NCBI GenBank assembly: GCA_010093605.1
Contig: MU004193.1
Coordinates: 405,321 to 469,320 of the forward strand
Length of the DNA: 64,000 bases
Source: Lophium mytilinum
Lineage: Eukaryota
Direction: 5' to 3'
Made by a program: the position numbers and the translations under genes. Within the stretch, counting starts at the first letter, position 1, and each line of letters opens with the position of its first letter. Shown here piece by piece: positions 54,732 to 64,000 of the stretch. The notes below the pieces were generated by a model. That model was given only the letters and a program-made list of their open reading frames with translations, was not told the DNA's origin and ran no database searches.

Positions 54732-54760
54732 ATATCTATCTATCTATCTATCTATCTACT
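54540..54760. repeat. (TAGATACA)n followed by (TATC)n microsatellites
   Basis: Visible directly downstream of the pol end. Similar (TAGA)n tracts at 44055-44130 and 46530-46685. Confidence 0.9.
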
Positions 54761-55429
54761 AGTAAGTATATACTAATAAGTATATAGCTTATTAGTAGTA
54801 GGCATAAATAGTAGTATTTATTAATAAAGTATAATATATAAAAAGTGCATTGGTACCTATCTACCCTATTGAGTACCTCTATACTCCACTCTTATCTAAT
54901 CTTCTAATTAGCTTAGAGACTAAACTGGTAGCTCTATTTTACTTGCTTAGTTTGCTTATAAATTTTAAAGGCTCTCCTTAAAACTTAACTATATAGTCTA
55001 ATTTATTATATACCAATTTTTACCCTCTACTACAATACGAACTGTGGCCGACTAGCAGGTATATAAACATGCAGTACTAGAGTCTAGAGGGGGGCGTAGC
55101 TTATTATAAAGAAGCTATATTAAGAGATAGTAATTACATCCTTATAGCGCTAGGTGTAGCAGAGTACAAAGTAATATTTTATTTAGCCTATTCCCTCCCT
55201 TATACATTTATAGTCTTATAGATATGTACATTATTATAGATGATAAAGGTTAAGATAGACAGGAGTGGAGGTATAGAGCGGTTAATCTAGAGTAAAAAGA
55301 GGCTTTGTGAATAATGGCCGGTATAGACAGTTAACCTCGCAAATAGTAGCTATAAATAGTAACTAGAAGTAGAGTAGGTGCAGTTGCAGTTATACACAGC
55401 ATTCTGCTTCAGATTGGTCTTTCCCTTCG

Positions 55430-57787
55430 TCATGCATTCGGCCCTTGCACCTGAAAATTGTGAAGTAAACTTTCCCACTGCTGGTCAAACTCCATGGGTG
55501 CGAATGTAGAAGAAGACAGTGGATCGAAAGGTTGACTGAAGTCAAACGTGGAGGCAATTCCATCTCCTCCCCATAGTGGCTCTATAGGTTTCTCAAATTC
55601 CCCAAGGCTAGTAGCTATATCGTCCATAGAAAGGCCATCTTCTGGCCGTGGTTTAGAGTGTGGTACTCCTGCTTGTAGAGGTCTTTGAGCGCGGAGCATC
55701 TGAATGAAATGAGGATCGTCCTGCTCAGAATCCGATCGTTCCTCTTTGAAGGCTTCCCAGGCTTTGATAGTCAAGTTGCCGATTGCAAACAGAAGCGGCC
55801 GTTTCGGTCCGTCCCTAATGAACTCTGGATGAAATTCGTATGTCAATTCGAGCTGCCGCCAAGCCTCATGGTCACCTTCTCGACCTCTACGGCGCAATTC
55901 TTGCAGGAGATAAATACACGCCTTCCACTGAAAGTGTGTATTCACATGCCACGCAAATCCCTTGACACCCTTTTGTGTATATGCTAGATTCTGATACGAG
56001 ATGATTCGCAGACAGTTGCCGAACAACATGTCCTTCTCCCACTGTGGCATGCTCGCGCCGTCGTCATCATGTTGATAAGGATTGTGGGCCACAAACCTCA
56101 TCGTGCAGATAACAGCCTTGCCAAGGAATGCGCACATGAAGTGCCATGGTATTGATTCGTCACAGTGTCTCAAGAACTTTCGCTCGAGGAGTTCTTCAAA
56201 CTCATCGATGGCCTTGTCTTTGCGCTCATTCGGAATGGTATTGCCGCTCAGTCGACCCCAGCTCCCATCAAAGGTGGTCTTAGGCGCAGAGCGTCGGAGG
56301 AAGTCTCCCACATGACTTCGAAGTAAGAAGAACATCATTTCCGTCGGCCCATCGTGCTCCTTCGGGAGTTCCTTCATGTCGGGGAATAGATCGCTATCAT
56401 TCAGGTTTGCAGGCATTTTAGTATCGCCGATAGTCATGACGGTGCCTGTCCCAGCAAGCTTTTCGGCGTAGCCATCGTGTCCAACAATTTGCCACCAGAG
56501 TCTTCTTCGCATTTCTGTTTCAAACGCAGGCAAGCCGAGGGTATCACCGTCGCGATGAAGGCCGTTCCGTTGTCCAAGTCGACTCGCTACCCCCGTCAGG
56601 ATCCACAGCGCTTTAGCGTCATAGCCGTTCAAAGAAATCTACCAGATAGCGTCAGCTTATTGGCCGTTCAAGGAGCGCATTGTGATCCTTCAGAGCACTG
56701 CAACCGAAGCGATTCTTCCATAATGTCTTAGGTTGGGTGTGATTGTGCAAAGCAAGAAAGGATTGAATCATAATCGAAGGAACGGCACTTCGGTGATAGC
56801 AAGACGACAACTTACCAGATAGAGTACAAATGCCTGGAGTACCACAATATCACTAGATTTGAGCAAGCCCGCGTTTACGAGGGCCTGGCGTGATCCTGTT
56901 CGGAATCTTCTGACACAGGCAACTTTCGACTGACCTAATATAGCATCGCACTCCGAATCGTCCAGTGTATTGATTGCGCAACAGTATATTGAAAATAACA
57001 AAGCCTCCAGATTTCTCGGCAAAGCTACAAGATTGCCGATTGAATTAAGGAGAGACTGTTGGACAGTTGGACTGTGAAGGACCTTTACAAGAGGGTGAAC
57101 ATTGTCTAGATAGACTTGCCAGAGCCTGAAAATCTGTACAGGTTGAGGATGAAAATGGTGAAGAGAGCCGCTGGGACGAGGGAAGCCCAAGATCATGTCG
57201 TCCACTTCAGAGAAGAATTCTGGCGTGGAATATTCGGTGCCTTCTGGTTCCTCGTCGCCTGACGAGTCTTGGAGCAAAGCTGCTGGATCTCGAAATTCGC
57301 CTTTCAGGCTCGTCCATAAATTATTCTCAAGGTACCTTGACTTGCCGTCTTCGACCACGAATAGGCCTTGATCAACTCGTGACGCTTCGGCGTTGCCGTC
57401 AAACAGAGTATCATCAGCGCCATTCCCAGCTGGAGATGCAAAGCCTCCACCCTGAAGTAGATGGCTTGCATCTCCATTAGCTACATCCGCGGGATTGACT
57501 CCAAGCCTTCTAAGAGCCGCCTCATATAACTTGATCCTTGTAGTGATATCCACTTCCTGCCCTCTTTTCTTCCTTCGACGAGGTGGGGGCGGGGCTCGAT
57601 AATCGCATCGGACGCGAGCTTTGTTGCAATTGGAACAGCCGCGAGGGTTCTTGTCGCACTTGACTTTGCGTTGTGAGCACGTAACGCAAGAAAAGCTCTT
57701 CTGCACGGCAGGTGTATGGGGATTGGTTGATGGCGACGTCGAAGAGGTCATGGGTGGAGACGGGAGAGATGCGTCCAGCGTCTCCAT
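55430..57787 (-). CDS. Zn(II)2Cys6 transcription factor with fungal-specific middle homology domain (2 exons: 57787-56816, 56638-55430)
   Basis: CVTCSQRKVKCDKNPRGCSNCNKARVRC, YLDNVHPLVKVLH, GLHRDG, EMRRRLWWQI, MPANLNDSDL. In-frame GTAAGT...GCTGAC...TAG intron. Confidence 0.93.
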
Positions 57788-58606
57788 TTTCGATTGAGTT
57801 GCCTCGTAGCTGAAATGTCGAGGTTAGTAGATTAGCGTTATATATGCGCAGTATTCTCCATGCACTTGTCCGTTGTAAGACCTGCAGTATCGGTTGCGGA
57901 GGCTTGCTTATGTCTGGATTTAGGCAGTAGTTTTCAGGGCCTATCCCTTAGTTGTAGAGAGCGCACTCGGGATATTGTTGAAGGAGCGTCGTCAATTCAA
58001 ACACCGTAACACAGTCGTGACCAACATCCCTCATCGAAGATTGTGACAGGCGTGGACTCTCTGTCGCTCTGCTGTCGTTACGGAGTGGACAAAGGCGGCG
58101 TCGGAGATGTTGTAGCGGCATCCCCGACAATCTGCCTCGAGCTTCATGACGTCTATTGCTACATCCGCGCAATCAACACACGGCTAGCTACGGGCAACGG
58201 AATTCATCTGATTAATGAAGACTTCACGTTCAACTAACGGATTTACGGCTAAATCTGATCGCGAAGAAACATTCTGTCTTCAGTAGATTGGAGAACGTCC
58301 AATGGAGACTGATATTCTGTAACCCATGTGACCCTAGCGATGAGATAAATACACAACTAAATAGCAATCAAGAAACCTGTACCGTTTGACCATCCCTAGT
58401 GCAGCTCGCCATTCAGCTATGCAAACCCGAGTGCGAACAATGAATGCACTTTCCCAGCAATAATCACGCCAAATGAGAGCCGAATCGGGCCCACCCTGAG
58501 AATAAAGAGCAACAGCATAAGCTACGCAGTGTCATCCAAACTCAGGTATCAAATGCACATGAGGTCCCTGACAGAACGTCAAGCGGCTTCCGTGACTCTG
58601 AATGTC

Positions 58607-60448
58607 TTACTCGGGCTTAGCGGCCTTCATGCGGGAACGGAACTGGTCAATAAGCTCCTCCATCTCGTCGGCAACAAGGTCCTCGAGCTGAGCGGAGATC
58701 TTCTCAATCTTCTCCTGGATGCTAGCGGATTCCTCCTTGACTTTGTGGGTACCCTCTTCGATGGTCTTCTTGAACTCGGTCAGGGAGGGCTCATCTTCGC
58801 TTTTGCTAGCGACATAGCCACCCTTACCGACAATGTCGGTGTAGTTGGAAGATCCTCCACCGTTCCATGCAAGAATCTGGGAGACGATTAGCAATGCTTA
58901 CGGACAGGTGCGAATTATGTAGACTTACGTTCTTGGTGTTGCTAGGGACATCAGAGAGAGCTCCCTCGGTGGCAATCGAGATCAAGTTCGCCTTCAGCTT
59001 CTTAGGTGTGATGTCGGCAACGGCATAAGCAGAGTCCTTGGATGGCTGGAGAGAAAGGAGATAGGCGAGAAGACCGGCGATGTGAGGGGAGGCCATGGAA
59101 GTGCCAGAGATGGTGTTGGTGGCATGGTCGCTACCGATCCAGGTGGAGAGAATGTTCAGGCCGGGGGCGAAGATGTCATTGCACTTTCCGAAGTTGGAGA
59201 AGTACGCACGCTCATCGAGGAGAGTTGAGGCACCAACGGTCACGGCGTTCGCGGCGGCAGCCGGGGAGTAGTTGCAGGAGTCGGCGTTGTCGTTGCCAGC
59301 AGCGACGGCAAAGTGGATGCCAGCGTCAACGGCGGCATTGACAGCTAGATCGAGGACAGTGGACTTGCCGCCGCCCAGACTCATGTTGGCGGCGCTACCC
59401 TTGAAGCTCTTCTTGCCCTTACCGCTCTTCGCAGCCGCAACCTTCTTGGAGTGGGCCTCAGCGGCGTACTCAACACCCTTGACAACGTCGGACATGGTGC
59501 CGGAGCCGTTGGAGCGGAGGACCTTAACGGCGTAGACGTTGGCCTTCTTGGCGACACCGTATTTCTTGCCGGCGACCGTACCAGAGCAGTGAGTGCCGTG
59601 GCCGTTGCCATCCTCGTCAGCGTCTCCGGAGGGAATGGTTTTGCCCCAGGTGGCGCGACCCTCGAAGTCAACGTGCTTGACGTTGGTTCCGGTGTCAATC
59701 ACGTAGACATCGACGCCCTCGCCGCCATCAGCGGAGTAGAGGTACTTGTTCCATGTGCCAAAGCTAAGGCTGCTGCGGTGCGAGATACGGGCAAGGCCCC
59801 AGGGCGCGTTCTTCTCTATCTCGAAATCGTCGTCTTTCATGGTGTGGACCTCGGAGTCTTTCTCGATGTACTCGACCTGATGAACACAAGATGCGTTAGC
59901 TGTGATTCATTGTCACGTGCGAAATGCGCGGCCTCGGCGGAGCCAGGGCGGAGATAAGCGCTGATGCCTCGAGAGCACCAGTAGGCCATCACCACCGATC
60001 TTTGACTCTGGACATCGGCCACAGGTTGTGATAGCAACAGCCGCCCGGAGTCTGGGAAGATGATGATGGAAGATGGGACAGAACTTACGTCGGGATGCCT
60101 CCGGATCTGCTCGATGGTCTCATCGTCGAAGTGACCAGAGTACCCTAGCAGCGAGCCAGCGATGTCGTAGGTGTGCTTGAGGCCCTCGAAGATCTCCGTG
60201 GTGATGGGGAACTGCGAGCGCTTTCGCAGCTCGCTGCGCTCCTTCTGGCTGGCCAGATGGATGCCTTGCACCCAGTCGTGGTGCTCGGCGGCGACGGCGT
60301 CCTTCTTCAGGACGACCATGTACGAGTTAGGCACCTCCTTCGCGTTGACGGACGAGAGGATAGGGGCGGCATCCTTATGGATAGTGGCGATGCTCAGCGG
60401 CGAGGCAGACGCAAGCAGCGGTAGCAACGATAGGGCGAAGGACCTCAT
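58607..60448 (-). CDS. prb1: Vacuolar subtilisin-like serine protease (proteinase B/PepC type) with I9 propeptide, 3 exons
   Basis: VYVIDTG (Asp), DGNGHGTHCSG (His), ISGTSMASPH (Ser), APWGLARISHR, signal peptide and acidic C-terminal extension. Confidence 0.95.
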
Positions 60449-61566
60449 CGTGGCGGCTATCCTCGCTGTGGAGGGCTGGGGACAAAGAAACAAGGGGGGT
60501 GCGAGTGCAGCGCGGGGAGGAGACTGTAGTGCGGAGATGGAAGTCTAACAGAAATGGGGGAGAATGAGATGGGTGGAGTGGGAGATGGAGAGGGAGGAGT
60601 GAACGAGAGATGGAGGGTGTTGCTGGAGGAACCTCTTATCAACGTCAGGGCGGCTGAGCTCGCGCACGGACTAGCACGTGACTAGTTGCCAGGAGTCATC
60701 CCCCCCTCGTCATCACGAGGCTGGCTGGCGTGCCAGCATGATCAACTTCGGTAAACAGTGCTTGCGTGGCATCTTGAGGCCTGGTACAGAGTACCTGAGA
60801 AACACCAAGCACTGCCATCTATCGCTACAGCGCCTCCGGCCTCGCAACGCCCCATCGCTGCCTTGAAACTTGGGGACGAGTGCTGAGACGTGAAAGACGG
60901 CGGCCCGTGCTTCGACAGCCTCGCCAGCGACAGAAAAACCCATACACTAAAACCACTTGTCGCTTTCGGCAGGCAATAAAGCTGTCTCTTTCTGAGAGAA
61001 CAATATCCTCAAAGTAGACAGAAGTAATCCTCAGAACGAGCTATATCCAAAGATGTAGCTTTCGTATGATACTAATTAGAATTGGTGGTTGGAAGATGCG
61101 CTCCTTTTAGGTGTCTTTTGCTGATCTAAGCGATTTCGGTGGTTTGGTGTACGCGTTTTTCTGTCACCCGCCACAGCTGCCTACCTGCTGCGTCGCTATT
61201 ATTGGAGGCATCATGTACACAGTCCCTGGCGCACTACGAGTACCTAGATAGGCTGCGATGAGGTTTCGGTGAATTGCAACTGCCCCCGACGCTGGCCTCT
61301 GCAACTGCCTGCAATATCACGCCCGCCGTCTGATAGCCCGCAACCTCGTCTTAGGCCCGCTCTCAGCCACCCCACACGGCGAAGCAGCAAACCCAGCGCT
61401 GGCGACTGCGACTTCACCCCCAAAATACTCCCAGTATCCCCGGCGGCTGGTGTGTCTGCTCTGGCTTACTCCTAAACTCCCCCCTCCCCCAGAGACATGA
61501 CCGTTTCGTCTATTCGTCGTACCCCCTCTCTCCTCCAGCACCCCCGCGGCGGCGGACGACCAGAAC

Positions 61567-64000
61567 ATGGACGGCCAGCGGCGCCGACACAGGTCCTCGA
61601 CAGCGGCGTCCCGGCACAATCCAATATACAACCAGCTTCTCTCCGAGCTGCATGCCCTCATTGACGACCTCACCAAAGCCGGCGACCTCGTCGAGCCTTC
61701 CGCGCCCACCCTCCAAACCCAGAGCACCGCGCTCCGCCACATCCGCCAGCTGCTGATAGATTCCTCCGAGAAGACCCAGGCCAGAGACGCTTTCCGCCAT
61801 GTGAAGGGCTTCTCCGTCCTGATATCCACCATTCGGTCCCTCTCCGGGTACTATGACCCCTCGAAACGATCCCCGGAAGAGCGCGCCGAGCTGCTCGAGG
61901 TCATAAAGGCGGCGCTAGACGTGCTTTCCGAAGCGCTCAGTGAGCATCCAGGCAATCGCAGATACTTTGCGAAAAGGGCTGAGGACGGGGGATGGAGTGC
62001 CCTCGAGCAGGCGCTGGGCAGCACCGGTGTCGTTGGTATGCACCGCGAGAGTCAGCCAGATGACGGGGCACAAGAGCAGCTATTCGGCTATCTGTTTGCC
62101 TTCGCTTTAGGGGAAGAGACTATGACGCGTATTTTCCGGAACATCAACGCGGTCGAAAGCAGTCTTACAGACGCGCCACAGCCACAACCGCAAGCCCAGG
62201 CAGAAAGCGATGCTATCAGCCGTCTGGCCGCCGAGACTGATAGTGCCCTTAAGACCTCCGACCCGCTAGTAGACCCGCTCCGGAGCCAGATTCGGAGTGT
62301 GTTCAGCGGAAATGAATTGCTTCAGAACCCAGATATGCTTCCAATAGTCCTAGGCTTCTGGGTCATGCTCGCGGGCGACCATGTCTCCATTAGCAACACG
62401 TCTCCTTTGTCGATATCAGTGCTCCTCGCCATCCAGGAAATTATAGATATGTCTACTCACAACAAAGCTATGGGCCACGTTACGGGAATTCTGACTCTGA
62501 TATTACATCTTCTGTTCGAGAAGAATTTTGTTGCTCCTATCAGCAGCCTCCTACGCGGCCTTGCCGACAGCTTGATCGGATTTGGCATCAATCAGTTGGA
62601 AGACGCGTACTACCTCTTCCGACAGTCGTCTGTTTCGGACCTCGCTGCAGAATTTCTCCTCCAGGGCATGCGGACTTCTCGTGGCCCACCTTTCATACAA
62701 TTTGACCTCTCATTACAAGGCTACAGTGCCATTGAGCTTGCAGATCTCGGCCGACCGTTCCCTCCAGCTGCTGCCGGCGGCGGATACACATTTACGGCGT
62801 GGATCCGTGTGGACCACTATGACAGCGATTGCCACACCACCATTTTCGGAGCTTATGATACCACTCAGACATGTTTCGTTATGGCTTACCTGGAGAAAGA
62901 CACTCGCCGATTCATCCTGCAAACTTCCATGCCCACATCCGCGAAGGCGTCCCGGCTGGCTAGCATTCGCTTCAAGAACTCAAGTGTCTTGAAGGAGGGT
63001 TTGTGGTATCATGTCGCCGTGGTTCACCGACGTCCTAGTGCGAAGACAATGGGGATCGGTTCTGCCCATGCGTCCCTGTACCTCAACGGCGAGTTCACTG
63101 AATCTATGAAATGTCAGTATCCCGCCACCCCTCCCCTTATAGACGGCAGTACGGAAAGCTTTGCCTCCTTGTCTTCCACCACACAACGACCGGCACCAAT
63201 CCTTGCTTTTCTTGGGACCCCTCAGGATCTTGCTCCTCGCCTTGGACTAAATGTCACATCGTCGAAGATGTCTGTAGCCTCATTTCACTTGTTCTCCGAG
63301 CCGCTATCGGATGAAATGATTGCCGTTCACCACAAGCTCGGCCCTCGATACTGCGGGAACTACCAAGACCGACTAGGATCTTTCCAAACCTACCGTGCTT
63401 CTGCTGAGCTCCACGTTCAGAACGAGATTCTCCATCCAGGAAAAGAAGAACAGTCGGACATTGTGTCGGCGATCCGAAGCAATGCTGGAGCCATTGTCCC
63501 CGAAAATCGGGTTTTGCTAAGCTTCTCGCCAACCTCAGTTATGGACGACGATGACCGCAACAACGTCGACGAGTCGCAGTTGATTCAATCTCTTTCACGC
63601 GAGGCGGCGTTGAATCTACACAAGCATACCAGAATGCACGGCACTCCAATTATCATAAATGCCGCAGTCCCGTCTATCAACGACGCTCTCACCCAGCAAC
63701 GCGGGTACGGGCTACTTGCTGGGAAACCAGTGGTAGTGGTTCCTCAGTGCCTTGACGATGCTATGTGGAGAGCTGGTGGCTGCGTTGCAGTTGGCCTGGG
63801 GCTCGTCCAGCTGGCGCAGACCCCCGACGCTATCTTGCGCGCCGTCAAGATTCTCTTAGAGGCTGTGGAAGGTAATTGGCGCAATTGCGAGGCTATGGAA
63901 AGCAAAAATGGCTTTGCTGTACTAGCTGAAGTTCTCCGTCAGAAACTGGGATACAGCCTCGGGACACGTGCTTTTGGGCGCAAGACTACTGAAATCAACA
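61567..64000 (+). CDS. bph1: Beige/BEACH-family protein (Bph1-like), N-terminal part; runs off the window
   Basis: Uninterrupted frame from MDGQRRRHRSS to the window end. ConA-like region FDLSLQGYSAIEL..GRPFPP...YTFTAWI...WYHVAVVH and LGPRYCGNYQDRLG. The BEACH domain itself lies outside the window. Confidence 0.8.
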   Translation, partial: MDGQRRRHRSSTAASRHNPIYNQLLSELHALIDDLTKAGDLVEPSAPTLQTQSTALRHIRQLLIDSSEKTQARDAFRHVKGFSVLISTIRSLSGYYDPSKRSPEERAELLEVIKAALDVLSEALSEHPGNRRYFAKRAEDGGWSALEQALGSTGVVGMHRESQPDDGAQEQLFGYLFAFALGEETMTRIFRNINAVESSLTDAPQPQPQAQAESDAISRLAAETDSALKTSDPLVDPLRSQIRSVFSGNELLQNPDMLPIVLGFWVMLAGDHVSISNTSPLSISVLLAIQEIIDMSTHNKAMGHVTGILTLILHLLFEKNFVAPISSLLRGLADSLIGFGINQLEDAYYLFRQSSVSDLAAEFLLQGMRTSRGPPFIQFDLSLQGYSAIELADLGRPFPPAAAGGGYTFTAWIRVDHYDSDCHTTIFGAYDTTQTCFVMAYLEKDTRRFILQTSMPTSAKASRLASIRFKNSSVLKEGLWYHVAVVHRRPSAKTMGIGSAHASLYLNGEFTESMKCQYPATPPLIDGSTESFASLSSTTQRPAPILAFLGTPQDLAPRLGLNVTSSKMSVASFHLFSEPLSDEMIAVHHKLGPRYCGNYQDRLGSFQTYRASAELHVQNEILHPGKEEQSDIVSAIRSNAGAIVPENRVLLSFSPTSVMDDDDRNNVDESQLIQSLSREAALNLHKHTRMHGTPIIINAAVPSINDALTQQRGYGLLAGKPVVVVPQCLDDAMWRAGGCVAVGLGLVQLAQTPDAILRAVKILLEAVEGNWRNCEAMESKNGFAVLAEVLRQKLGYSLGTRAFGRKTTEIN

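Larger units (their letters stand above)
49333..54760 (+). mobile_element. RIP-inactivated Ty1/Copia LTR retrotransposon: 5' LTR 49333-49592, PBS, gag-PR-IN-RT-RNaseH about 50460-54510; 3' LTR not found
   Basis: LTR followed by PBS-like GGTTATAAGC. gag VWALRVQSLL, protease YILDSGSTSHI, integrase NGGEY...PYTPEQN, RT YVDNLLVFG, RNaseH ADIFTKPL. Integrase precedes RT. Confidence 0.93.
42600..55400. mobile_element. AT-rich RIP-mutated transposon block (nested elements)
   Basis: Abrupt drop in GC, abundant TpA, many stops in retroelement frames, and four copies of one LTR differing by CA>TA and TG>TA changes. Confidence 0.9.

Noticed and set aside
54760..55400. 3' LTR of the Copia element
   Set aside because: No match to 49333-49592; this is AT-rich degraded DNA of unassigned origin.

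Overview
Filamentous ascomycete (fungal) genomic DNA with GT-AG introns and CTRAY-type branch points. From left to right: a TALE/TGIF-type homeobox gene with a long gene-poor upstream region; an AA9 LPMO; an inactivated HET-domain gene; a peroxisomal (AKL) acyl-CoA ligase; and a His-rich membrane protein. Next is a compact six-gene secondary-metabolite cluster (about 24.7-42.5 kb) in three divergent pairs: Pth11-like membrane protein / ACC-synthase-like PLP enzyme, MFS transporter / stand-alone adenylation enzyme, and alpha/beta hydrolase / reducing PKS (KS-AT-DH-degenerate MT-KR-ACP, no ER). A roughly 13-kb AT-rich RIP-mutated transposon block follows, holding a Copia element, solo LTRs, two MITEs and two gene relics. 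The window ends with a Zn2Cys6 transcription factor, a vacuolar subtilisin (Prb1/PepC type) and the start of a BEACH-family gene. The best candidate for a novel system is the cluster, where two of the three divergent promoters share a CCG-N2-CGG motif. All family calls come from motif recognition by eye; no database searches were run.
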